Shown: one piece after another, positions 27,376-35,464 of the stretch
Numbering within the stretch: the first letter of the stretch is position 1
How the letters are laid out: the number at the start of each line of letters is the position of its first letter
Assembly: GCA_030698495.1 (NCBI GenBank)
Contig: JAUYKA010000007.1
Coordinates: 1-60,129, forward strand
Reading direction: 5' to 3'
Source: a bacterium
GTDB lineage: Bacteria > Patescibacteriota > Andersenbacteria > UBA10190
Length of the DNA: 60,129 bases
Notes under the pieces: model-generated
What the model was told of the DNA's origin: nothing
The model's database searches: none
Seen by the model: only the letters and a program-made list of their open reading frames with translations
Translations under genes and position numbers: made by a program

Positions 27376-28332
27376 ATGGCAAAGTATCAGAGAATAGGGT
27401 TGCATGTGTCGGCAGCGGGAGGGGTAGAGAACGCGCCAGAGCGCGCAAAAGAGCTGGGCGCAGAGTGCTTTCAGTTTTTCTCGCGCAGTCCGCGGGGCGG
27501 CAAGGCACCGGAGATCGGCGATGAACAAGCACGGCAATTTCAAGAACGATGCGAGAAATACGGTATGGCCAGCTATATTCATACACCCTATTACATAAAT
27601 TTCGCGTCGAAAAAAAACAGCTTGGCCAAGGCGGCGCCGCGGATTGTGCGGGAGGAATTGGAGCGTGGCAGTAAGTTGGGGGTTAAGTACGTGATGACGC
27701 ATTTGGGAAGCGCGCGAGACTGGGACAAAGACAATTTTCAATCTTCCAGCCGTCGCTTAGGAGCTATGGCCGGCGCGGCAATTTCCAATTTCCAAAAACC
27801 GCGGAATGCTTTGAATCAGGTTATTGCTGGTTTGAAGGAAATATATAGTGATTGGCCCCCCGCCGCTTCGCCTACGGCGAAGACTATGGGGGGCGATAAG
27901 AAGTTCTTTACAGAACTTCTTATCGAGATATCGGCGGGGGCCGGGGCGGTTATCGGCGATTCTTTCGAGGAACTCGGATATATCCTGAAAGAGCTGGGTC
28001 GAAGCGATGTGCATGTTTGTTTGGATACCTGCCATATGTTTGCTTCCGGGTATGATATTCGTACGGTTGGAGCGATAGATGAAACCATGCGGCAATTTCA
28101 TAAACACATTGGCATAAACCGATTAAAGCTAGTGCATGTTAATGATTCCAAGGCCGATTTGGGAGAGCATAAGGACAGGCATGAACATATCGGCAAAGGA
28201 AAAATAGGTGAGGCGGGATTTAAGGTGTTGCTGGCACATAAGGATTGGCAAAAGGTTAATTTTATTTTGGAGACAAAACACGATAGTTTGATAAAACATG
28301 ATATGCAGTTTTTGAAGGAGAATAGGAGATAA
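27376..28332 (+). CDS. nfo: Endonuclease IV (AP endonuclease) carrying two in-frame repeat insertions
   Basis: 318 aa with GLHVSAAGG, THLGS, EISAGAG, CLDTCHMFASGYD, VHVNDSK and ILET. The HLGS-to-EISAG spacer is roughly 35 aa longer than in E. coli Nfo as I recall it. Confidence 0.88.
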   Translation: MAKYQRIGLHVSAAGGVENAPERAKELGAECFQFFSRSPRGGKAPEIGDEQARQFQERCEKYGMASYIHTPYYINFASKKNSLAKAAPRIVREELERGSKLGVKYVMTHLGSARDWDKDNFQSSSRRLGAMAGAAISNFQKPRNALNQVIAGLKEIYSDWPPAASPTAKTMGGDKKFFTELLIEISAGAGAVIGDSFEELGYILKELGRSDVHVCLDTCHMFASGYDIRTVGAIDETMRQFHKHIGINRLKLVHVNDSKADLGEHKDRHEHIGKGKIGEAGFKVLLAHKDWQKVNFILETKHDSLIKHDMQFLKENRR

Positions 28333-28411
28333 ATCAAAATGCAAAAATCAAAATGCAAAATGACAAATTAAAATTCAAAAAGATTACTCCGACATATCAG
28401 GTAATTCAAAT

Positions 28412-29044
28412 ATGAATAAGCAAGAAAAAGAGATGGCTTTAGTCAAGCTAAACGATGAATGGGGCAGAAAAGACCTTCCGCTTAAAAGTGTCGCTACTCA
28501 TGCTGTGCCGGGGGAGGGAAATCCGGATACGGATATTTTGTTTATCGGCGAGGCGCCGGGGAAAAACGAGGATGAGCAAGGACGGCCGTTTGTAGGGGCG
28601 GCAGGAAAGTTTTTGGACCAATTAATAGCAGGGATAGGCTATAAACGCGAAGACGTATTTATTGCCAATGTAATCAAGCACCGTCCGCCGGGCAATCGCG
28701 ATCCGCTGCCGGAGGAGATAGAAGCGTATCGGCCGTGGTTGGAGGGACAAATAGAGATTATCAAGGCACACTTGATAATTACGTTAGGGCGCTTTTCCAT
28801 GGAGTTTTTGCTGGGACCAGGTTTTTCCATTACCAAAATACACGGGCAGCCGAAACGTCGTAATGGACGGGTGATAATACCGATGTATCATCCGGCGGCG
28901 GCGCTTTACCGGGGAGATTTAAGGCCGGTGCTGGCGGCGGATTTTGCCAAGATACCAAAGGTGTTGAAATTGATTCGGGAGGGCGAGGCGGTAAGCGAGG
29001 AAAAGAAGAAAGAAGAACAGAAATCACAGAAGTCATTGTTTTAG
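28412..29044 (+). CDS. Uracil-DNA glycosylase, family 4-like
   Basis: 210 aa with the motifs GEAPGKNEDEQGRPFVGAAGKFL and HP(A/S)A near the C-terminus. Confidence 0.85.
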   Translation: MNKQEKEMALVKLNDEWGRKDLPLKSVATHAVPGEGNPDTDILFIGEAPGKNEDEQGRPFVGAAGKFLDQLIAGIGYKREDVFIANVIKHRPPGNRDPLPEEIEAYRPWLEGQIEIIKAHLIITLGRFSMEFLLGPGFSITKIHGQPKRRNGRVIIPMYHPAAALYRGDLRPVLAADFAKIPKVLKLIREGEAVSEEKKKEEQKSQKSLF

Positions 29045-29100
29045 AATTAGAACAAAAGTAGTACAATAATGTTGATATTATACTACTAGTAATATAGATA

Positions 29101-29814
29101 ATGGGTAGGAGATGGCCAAGACTAAAGAGAGCAGAAAATCAGAAGTGGACGGTGGATTTGGCTTATGCTTGCGGTCTTCTGGCTACGGACGGTTCTTTAT
29201 CCAAAGATGGCCGACATATAAACTTGACCTCAAAAGATATCGAACAATTAGAAACATTCAAGCGCTGTCTTGGGCTAACAAATAAGATTGGCTGGAAAAT
29301 AAGCGGGTATACCGGAAAGATGAATTCGCAAGTTCAATTTGGAAATGTTGTTTTATACAGATGGTTGGTTTCGATAGGTATTGGCCCTCATAAAACAAAA
29401 AGTATTGGCGTTGTGAGGATTCCTGATGAATATTTTTTTGATTTTCTGCGGGGTGAATTTGATGGAGATGGATCCTCTCATGCTTATTGGGATACGCGTT
29501 GGCATAGTAGTGTTTCGTTATATATTCAGTTTGTCTGTGCTAGTAAGTGCCATTTAGAGTGGCTACGTACCACCGTTTTTCGTTTAATTGGGTCACGTGG
29601 CGTAATGGGCAAAAGCCGTAGTATTTTTCAATTAAAATTTGCGAAGACACAAGCGCTTCCTTTGTTTGAATCTATGTATTACAGCGGAGATATCCCATAT
29701 TTATCTCGAAAGAAAGAAAAATTAGATCGTCAATGGACGGCATTAAAACAGTCCAAATTGGGAATACTCCCCGAAGGATTTAATCGTAATGGTTCAATTA
29801 TCAAGATAGCTTGA
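29101..29814 (+). CDS. LAGLIDADG homing endonuclease (double-motif)
   Basis: 237 aa with the motifs LAYACGLLATDGS and FLRGEFDGDGS. It ends 35 nt before tRNA-Leu(GAG). Confidence 0.8.
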   Translation: MGRRWPRLKRAENQKWTVDLAYACGLLATDGSLSKDGRHINLTSKDIEQLETFKRCLGLTNKIGWKISGYTGKMNSQVQFGNVVLYRWLVSIGIGPHKTKSIGVVRIPDEYFFDFLRGEFDGDGSSHAYWDTRWHSSVSLYIQFVCASKCHLEWLRTTVFRLIGSRGVMGKSRSIFQLKFAKTQALPLFESMYYSGDIPYLSRKKEKLDRQWTALKQSKLGILPEGFNRNGSIIKIA

Positions 29815-29848
29815 TTTGTACTTGCTATACATATATGCTCCCTAAAGA

Positions 29849-29933
29849 GCGGACGTGCGGAAACCGGTAGACCGGCATGCTTGAGGGGCATGTGAGCTTA
29901 TTGCTCGTGTGGGTTCGAGTCCCACCGTCCGCA
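29849..29933 (+). tRNA. tRNA-Leu (anticodon GAG), class II
   Basis: Acceptor GCGGACG/CGTCCGC, anticodon stem-loop CATGC-TTGAGGG-GCATG, a long variable arm and T-arm GTGGG-TTCGAGT-CCCAC. Confidence 0.88.
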
Positions 29934-29952
29934 CTGAAAGGGCGGTTAGCTT

Positions 29953-29977
29953 CCCCCGTCGCTAAATCTATGGGGGA
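29953..29977. repeat. Short hairpin repeat CCCCC-GTCGCTAAATCTAT-GGGGG
   Basis: It shares the loop core with 55027-55051 (inside rnhB). Related cores lie at 24751, 27746 and 27856. Confidence 0.7.
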
Positions 29978-30006
29978 CACGGCAGTGGTAGGGTTTATTA
30001 AAATAG

Positions 30007-30078
30007 GGGTGAGTAGCTTAGTGGTAGAGCATTCGGCTTACATCCGAAAGGTCGCAGGTTCGATCCCTGCCTCACCCA
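30007..30078 (+). tRNA. tRNA-Val (anticodon TAC)
   Basis: Acceptor GGGTGAG/CTCACCC, anticodon stem-loop TTCGG-CTTACAT-CCGAA and T-arm GCAGG-TTCGATC-CCTGC. Confidence 0.9.
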
Positions 30079-30199
30079 CAAAGTAACTAACTTATGTAGT
30101 ATTGGGTTCGCCCGCCATCACGGCGGGCGGCCGCTGTGTTAGCGGCCGAGTCCCTCACCGCCCACTCTTAGAAATTTGGTTAACTATGAAGTTTGTCTG

Positions 30200-30997
30200 C
30201 TAGTTTTTCTTTTTCGCAACGGCCGCGATGATTTCGGGAGGAGTGAAGTTAATAGGCTTAGTTTTTAGTTGTTCAATGAGTTCCGCGATAGATTGAGCTA
30301 ATTTTTCGTCCTTGAGCATGTTTAGCGCGGCCGAATGAAAACCGGGTAAAACTTGCAGTAATTCGTTGGAATTTGTTTTATTTTCGCTGCGCTGGAAATG
30401 GCGGATTGTATATCGAAGGGGCGTTGGAGACTGATTTAATAGAGTGGGTAATTTTTGCCCCATGTAAGGATCGGTGGAGAAGCGTGAAAAGATGGTAAAG
30501 GCTATTTGCCGAAAACGCTCGATAGTTTCCGGATCGTTGGTACTGTGGAGGGTTTCCCAGTTGTATTCAAGCAACAGCATGTCTTCTTTAGTAACCCTAG
30601 TCAGTTCGGCAAGAATGGGGGCGTGTTTTTCGGACGCGACATTCATAAAAACAAAACGCTGATGAGTAATATCAAAAGCATTATCACTAAAGGGAAGCTG
30701 ACTGGCGTCGGCTTGGACGCCAAGAAAAGGCAGGTTTTGTTCTTGGAGTGATGCTCTCATGTTTTTTAAAACATCTCCTCTGATATCGGCAGGTATATAG
30801 GTGCCTCCCTTTTTGGTAATAAAGGCAGCCAGTTTGTCATTGGGGCCGGCGCCGGCATCAAGTACTTTTCTGTCTTTTAAATCGTAGTCGGTCAGTAATG
30901 CTTCCGAGGCGTGATTGGGATAGTCGATTTGTTTTAGGCGCTTGATTTCTTCCTCGGAAATGGCGGTTTGACGATAGAATTCTTTGTTTTCTGACAT
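30200..30997 (-). CDS. Class I SAM-dependent methyltransferase
   Basis: 265 aa with the motif I-like sequence VLDAGAGPND, an acidic post-I residue (PADI) and QADASQLPF. Confidence 0.7.
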   Translation of the reverse strand: MSENKEFYRQTAISEEEIKRLKQIDYPNHASEALLTDYDLKDRKVLDAGAGPNDKLAAFITKKGGTYIPADIRGDVLKNMRASLQEQNLPFLGVQADASQLPFSDNAFDITHQRFVFMNVASEKHAPILAELTRVTKEDMLLLEYNWETLHSTNDPETIERFRQIAFTIFSRFSTDPYMGQKLPTLLNQSPTPLRYTIRHFQRSENKTNSNELLQVLPGFHSAALNMLKDEKLAQSIAELIEQLKTKPINFTPPEIIAAVAKKKN

Positions 30998-31100
30998 AAG
31001 GTCTACTTAAATATTCTCATTAATATTTGAATCAGACAATACCTAGCGTTGATTTATCTAGTGATATACATCAAGCGAACAAAAATGATATAATAATTTT

Positions 31101-31790
31101 GTGAGTCCCAAAAAACTAATTAACGTGATTAATACTAAATGGTCTCCTCGTCTAGCTTATGGGGTTGGCCTTATTGCTTCAGATGGCTGTTTATCAAAAA
31201 CAACTAAGTTAATAAGTTTTGTTTCAAAAGACTTGGAGCTTGTTTTGTTATTTCAGCGGGCGTTAGATGTTGATAAAAATATAAGAAAAGGACGTAACGG
31301 TAGCTCAAAAGTAAAACGTTATTTTGTAACAGGTTTTAAAAGCAGGTAGTTTCATGATTATTTAATTAGTATTGGAATAACGCCAGCTAAATCAAAAACG
31401 ATCCATTCAGTAAATGTTCCTGATTTTTGTTTTAGCCATTTTTTACGCGGTCTTTTTGATGGGGATGGTACTTTTTGGACAACTTGGGATAAAAGGTGGC
31501 CAAATAGTTTTGTTTATTATCTAGGATATAGTTCTGCCAGTCTGATGTTTACAAAATGGCTGAAAAATGAGTTAACTAGGCTGTATAGCGTAAAGGGTTA
31601 TATTCATGAAGGAAAGGGAGCTTATACAATTAGGTATGTAAAAGGTGATACAAGAAAGTTGTATAGGGTAATGTATTCTGATGCCAAGGATCTTTATTTG
31701 GCCCGCAAGCACGATAAAATTAAACAAGCACTTGATTTTGATTGGCAATTGCACCACAGTAAACCACAAGCCACGGTAGCTCAGTGGTAG
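31101..31790 (+). pseudogene. LAGLIDADG homing endonuclease interrupted by a single in-frame TAG (31347-31349)
   Basis: ORFs 31101-31349 and 31545-31790 share one frame and are read-through-contiguous. The motifs are LAYGVGLIASDGC and FLRGLFDGDGT. The 3' end overlaps tRNA-Phe by 21 nt. Confidence 0.7.
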
Positions 31791-31842
31791 TAGCGCGGCC
31801 CTGAAGAGGCCGGCGTCGTCGGTTCGATTCCGACCCGTGGCA
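31770..31842 (+). tRNA. tRNA-Phe (anticodon GAA)
   Basis: Acceptor GCCACGG/CCGTGGC, anticodon stem-loop CGGCC-CTGAAGA-GGCCG and T-arm GTCGG-TTCGATT-CCGAC. Confidence 0.9.
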
Positions 31843-32026
31843 CAACCTAAATTCAAAGTGCAAAACGAAAAAGGCAAAATAATAGTGTCGCCTAGCGGCG
31901 AAATTTTCTTGCCCTTTGGGACAAAATTGGCTACAAATAATTTACACGACTTAACGCTGAAGCGGGCTTGCCCGCCGACTGTGTCCCTCCGTAGCCTTGT
32001 GCGAAGGGGGAAGCTTAAAAGCGTAG

Positions 32027-32098
32027 GCGGGTATCGTATAGTGGCTTTTACACCTCGTTGCCAACGAGGAAACACGGGTTCGACTCCCGTTACCCGCT
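32027..32098 (+). tRNA. tRNA-Gly (anticodon GCC), discriminator U
   Basis: Acceptor GCGGGTA/TACCCGC, anticodon stem-loop CCTCG-TTGCCAA-CGAGG and T-arm ACGGG-TTCGACT-CCCGT. Confidence 0.88.
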
Positions 32099-32202
32099 CA
32101 CCTAAAAAGTTGCTACATTGAGCGATTGGAAATTCTAAATTGACTACCACTAAATGGAAAGTCGAACTTTCTTTCTAGTTCCTAGAATGAGACAATAAAT
32201 CC

Positions 32203-33096
32203 ATGGATAAAGAAGTCATTAATCACTATTTGGAGTTTGGCATCTATACAAACCCTGGCTTTTACAGGGAAGCCCTTGAAGCACTATCTGATGACATTAA
32301 AGCAACCGGCAATCTTGTTAGAAGTAGCTTTATTCACCGCACGACTCTAGCAATTGGAAATACTGGCACGAATGAAGATTTGAGATTTGGTGATATGAAC
32401 CAGATGCCTTGGTATCGCCAGCCCGAAGACGATGTATTGGTTACTACTCCTGCAATGCTTGCTGAGCTGTATAGACGAGACTCCCGAGGTTTTATAGAAG
32501 ATAGAGCGCCTGAAAATAAACTAGTACTAACTTGTAGGTATGTGGCTGTACTGATGGCATCTATCCTTAAATCAAAAGGTATACCGACTCGTGTGCGTGC
32601 TGGTCATGCTCCATATTTTGATATGGGAGAATTGGGAAAAGTAAGTACCGACCATTGGATTAACCAGTATTGGGATAGCGAGAAAAACCACTGGATTACA
32701 ATTGATGTAGACGGAAGCTGGAGCCTGAATGAAAAGTTTAACCCTTACGATATTCCAGATAATGCTTTTGACTTTGCTGCTGATGCTTGGATAAAGGTTC
32801 GCAGCGGAGATGTTGACCCGGATTATTTCTACAACGCGAAACCAGAGAGAGGAACTATTGTCGTACTATGGTCACTGTTTTATGACTTTCATTGCCTCAT
32901 GAACAATGAGATTCCCTACATACATATTCCTAAATATGGAAGATACGATACCTTTAAGACGCTAGGTGATACAGAATACGCAAAAATTGATAGGCTCGCT
33001 GAATTAATGGTGAAGCCAGATGATAACCTTCAAGAACTAAAGCAGGTTTGGGAGGCTGACAGAGATTTTCGCCTCCTTACAGGTGGGTTGCTTTAA
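32203..33096 (+). CDS. Transglutaminase-like cysteine protease-fold protein
   Basis: 297 aa with a candidate Cys-His-Asp triad (CRYVAVLMASILKSKGIPTR, DHWINQYW, ITIDVD). Confidence 0.65.
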   Translation: MDKEVINHYLEFGIYTNPGFYREALEALSDDIKATGNLVRSSFIHRTTLAIGNTGTNEDLRFGDMNQMPWYRQPEDDVLVTTPAMLAELYRRDSRGFIEDRAPENKLVLTCRYVAVLMASILKSKGIPTRVRAGHAPYFDMGELGKVSTDHWINQYWDSEKNHWITIDVDGSWSLNEKFNPYDIPDNAFDFAADAWIKVRSGDVDPDYFYNAKPERGTIVVLWSLFYDFHCLMNNEIPYIHIPKYGRYDTFKTLGDTEYAKIDRLAELMVKPDDNLQELKQVWEADRDFRLLTGGLL

Positions 33097-33309
33097 GAAT
33101 AGTTGGCAATAACTAACCTGTTTTCCGATACAAAAAAGGTTCGAATGCGGTCCACAAAGAAGCTCTAATTAAGTAATCGCAGACGCGATTATTTATATAG
33201 AAGCCTCCTTGTCTTGATTATAACTTTGAGGTATCCCCGCCCGAGGCGGGGCTAAGCCGTAGCGCAAACTCTAAGCGCACGAAGAGTGGACCGAAGAGCT
33301 ACCAAGATG

Positions 33310-34062
33310 TTAATTTTCTCCCAGAGCCTGGTTATATTGCTCTTGGGCCTGATTGACTTGAGCGCGGGTATTATTGAGATTGTTGTTTAGTCTTTCGCTG
33401 CGCAGTTTGATTAGTTGGTCGCGATTTTGCTCGCGCCGGGTTTGAATATTGTTTAGGGTTTCTTGGCGCCTTTGAATCGCTTCGGCGCGGTTTTCTTCCC
33501 GCTGGCGCAGTCTTTCTTCTGAATTAGCCGTATTCGTTGCTTTGTTGTTACGAAATTGCTGCAGGAGTTCTGTGCGATGTTGGCGCCAGGCTTGGATTCG
33601 TTCCAGCGCAGCTTGTCCCAATTCTTGCTGCTTGGCGATGTAAGCCTCGGTACGCTGCTGCAGCTGTTTTTGCGCGGCTTGGATTTTGTCGACGCATTTT
33701 TCATCGCCAAGATCGGCGCAAGCGGCCATTTTCCGGTCCAGTTCGTGCAGGCGGAAGCGGTAGAAGGCGGCTTTTTTCTCGGCGTTGAAAGTGAAAACAC
33801 TAATAACATTATTGCGTAAGTTCTCCCACCAGTAAGCGATGGGGTTGGCGGTAGGGAGCGCTTCCGCTTCCAGGTCAGTGGCGAGATCTTCATCGGTTAA
33901 ACCTTCGCTGTCAAAAACAGATGCCGCTGTCTGTTCGTCTGATGCTGTGTTTTCCGTGGCGTCATCAGTGGAGGACGGAGTAGACGTAACAACGGCGCCA
34001 GCGGAAGCGGACGGCAGCAAAAGGACAGCTAAAAGCAAGGAGAAGGCCAAAATTGAGCGCAT
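33310..34062 (-). CDS. Secreted acidic and coiled-coil protein, function unknown
   Basis: 250 aa with a signal peptide, an Asp/Glu/Thr-rich segment and a Gln/Arg-rich helical C-terminal half. Confidence 0.55.
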   Translation of the reverse strand: MRSILAFSLLLAVLLLPSASAGAVVTSTPSSTDDATENTASDEQTAASVFDSEGLTDEDLATDLEAEALPTANPIAYWWENLRNNVISVFTFNAEKKAAFYRFRLHELDRKMAACADLGDEKCVDKIQAAQKQLQQRTEAYIAKQQELGQAALERIQAWRQHRTELLQQFRNNKATNTANSEERLRQREENRAEAIQRRQETLNNIQTRREQNRDQLIKLRSERLNNNLNNTRAQVNQAQEQYNQALGEN

Positions 34063-34181
34063 AGATGAAGATTGAAGGATAATTTATTTAATTATATCAC
34101 TGAAGGATGTAAGCTCATAATATGTATTTTATAGCTATTTATAGCCATTATTATCTATTGACAAGAGGTCGGAAATGGTGC

Positions 34182-34210
34182 TTGACATAATATAGCCCCT
34201 GTGCTATAGT
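34182..34210 (+). promoter_or_regulatory. Strong sigma70-like promoter, TTGACA-17 nt-TATAGT
   Basis: TTGACA lies at 34182-34187 and TATAGT at 34205-34210. A second TTGACA lies at 34158. Confidence 0.6.
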
Positions 34211-34221
34211 GTTCGGTTTTA

Positions 34222-34255
34222 AGCCTGACAGCGTAATAACCTGCCAGGCTTTTTT
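34222..34255 (+). promoter_or_regulatory. 5'-proximal stem-loop plus U-run directly after the predicted transcription start
   Basis: AGCCTGACAG-CGTAATAAC-CTGCCAGGCT-TTTTT starts about 5 nt after the expected +1 and lies 60 nt before the ATG at 34314. Confidence 0.45.
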
Positions 34256-34313
34256 GTTGGCCGCAAAAGGTCAATTCCGGTTGATTAGCCGGGTTTACAA
34301 GTGATCACCTTCT

Positions 34314-35006
34314 ATGATTTCAGGCATTTTAGCCCGAAACCAACATAACAATGTGAAATTAGTGTGGCTGGCGGCTCTGATTGTTTTCGTAGTCAGCACA
34401 TTAATGCCGAATAACGTTTTGGCCTTTGAGGCAAAGCTGCCCTTGGCTGTGACGCCTAAATTTGTAGCCCAGACACATCTGGCTGGTACCGCAAGGACTA
34501 AGCTGGATCCGTATTTGGCAAAAGCGATTAACGGCTTACCTGATTATCAATATATGCAAAGCGGCAGTGCGTTGGGCGCCAGTTCCCCCATTACTGAAAA
34601 GGGTAATTGGCCGGCAGCGCCGGTTAAGGTTAAAAAGGTGGCCTACAATGTCCCCAAAGGACCCTTGCCTACTTCCGGGAATCTATTAGTTATGGAAGGC
34701 CAGGCCAGCTTTTACAGTCGGGAAGGGTGCTTGGGTTGCAACCCCTTGCGCATTATGGCCAACGGACAGCCTTTGAACGATAACGCTCTAACTATGGCAA
34801 TTGGCGCTGATAAAGTGCATCTGGTGGGCCATAGGGCGCGTGTAACCAGTTTGGCCACGGGTAAGTCGGTTGAGGTGTTGATTACGGACACGGGCGGGTT
34901 TTACCGAGATAAGTACGGTAACCGCGTGGCCGATCTTACTATTGCTACCAAACAGGCTATTGGCATGAACGGAGGGTTGGGCCAGGTGAGAGTGGAAGTG
35001 TTTTAA
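34314..35006 (+). CDS. RlpA-like double-psi beta-barrel (lytic transglycosylase-like) secreted protein
   Basis: 230 aa with a signal/TM segment. The C-terminal sequence GQASFYS...ANGQPLNDNALTMA...VTSLATGKSVEVLITDTGGF...VADLT matches the RlpA/DPBB pattern. Confidence 0.72.
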   Translation: MISGILARNQHNNVKLVWLAALIVFVVSTLMPNNVLAFEAKLPLAVTPKFVAQTHLAGTARTKLDPYLAKAINGLPDYQYMQSGSALGASSPITEKGNWPAAPVKVKKVAYNVPKGPLPTSGNLLVMEGQASFYSREGCLGCNPLRIMANGQPLNDNALTMAIGADKVHLVGHRARVTSLATGKSVEVLITDTGGFYRDKYGNRVADLTIATKQAIGMNGGLGQVRVEVF

Positions 35007-35012
35007 GGAAAA

Positions 35013-35038
35013 CAGCCCCTTAATCAGGGGCTGTTTTT
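35013..35038. terminator. Intrinsic terminator
   Basis: CAGCCCCT-TAATC-AGGGGCTG-TTTTT, 7 nt after the stop at 35006. An A-run on the other side allows bidirectional use. Confidence 0.7.
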
Positions 35039-35045
35039 AAGTAAT

Positions 35046-35235
35046 GTTTTTCTCGCCGGGTGATGCTTCTCGCGATACCTACTCTTGGCGGCATACTTGT
35101 CCAGCCCAGCGGCTGGACTGCGCTCGACTAAAAGCCTGCCGCTCCGCCCTCTAGGCGGAGACCATGCCGGCAGGCTTTTAGACGACCGCCGAGAGTAGGC
35201 ACCGCGAGCATCACCCGACGCCCCGTTCTGTCTCA
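35046..35235. ncRNA. Candidate structured RNA/element 'L1' (three-way junction; homolog at 53731-53920), strand unresolved
   Basis: A long closing helix pairs 35056-35091 with 35186-35220. It encloses hairpin A (TCCAGCC-CAGC-GGCTGGA), the conserved single-stranded GCGCTCGACT and a 50-nt hairpin B. The stems covary with the second copy. Confidence 0.45.
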
Positions 35236-35336
35236 AAAAACAATACCGATAATTAGGTTAGATAGGTGAAGTTGTTATTAATTTCATAACACTCTCACGC
35301 TGGCAGAGAAGAGAGAAGGGGAGAGAGGAGTGGGTA

Positions 35337-35365
35337 TTGACGGATTTTGATATGTGTGATACAAT
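35337..35365 (+). promoter_or_regulatory. Strong sigma70-like promoter with extended -10, TTGACG-17 nt-(TGA)TACAAT
   Basis: TTGACG lies at 35337-35342 and TG-A-TACAAT at 35357-35365. Confidence 0.6.
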
Positions 35366-35373
35366 GAAGATGT

Positions 35374-35401
35374 AGCTTGATTCATCCCAATCAAGCTTTT
35401 T
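35374..35401 (+). promoter_or_regulatory. 5'-proximal stem-loop plus U-run directly after the predicted transcription start
   Basis: AGCTTGATT-CATCCC-AATCAAGCT-TTTT begins about 2-3 nt after the expected +1. The layout matches 34222-34255. Confidence 0.45.
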
Positions 35402-35464
35402 AGTACCTGGGGTTGACCGCATTAGGGCGGCGCCTTAAAGGGAAATGTTCTTCTTCGTGACTAT

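Noticed and set aside
31347-31349. TAG reassignment (alternative genetic code) as the explanation for the in-frame stop in the LAGLIDADG gene.
   Set aside because: TAG is used as the ordinary stop of well-conserved genes here (gyrA at 8787, nusA at 21166, the pseudouridine synthase at 38534). TGA and TAA also terminate genes normally. A nonsense mutation or local readthrough is more likely.
29877-32150. ORFs overlapping tRNA genes and spacers (29877-30086 +, 31572-32150 -, 31837-32121 +; likewise 14268-14456 - and 14781-15050 -).
   Set aside because: They run through or antisense to well-folded tRNA genes and repeat elements and have no coding signature. I treated them as spurious.
35046-35235. 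Cyclic-di-AMP (ydaO-type) riboswitch upstream of the 3D-domain cell-wall gene.
   Set aside because: A near-consensus promoter (35337-35365) lies downstream of the element, so the element is not in that gene's leader. I could not find the characteristic ydaO conserved stretches. A homologous copy also sits in an unrelated context (ftsH upstream).
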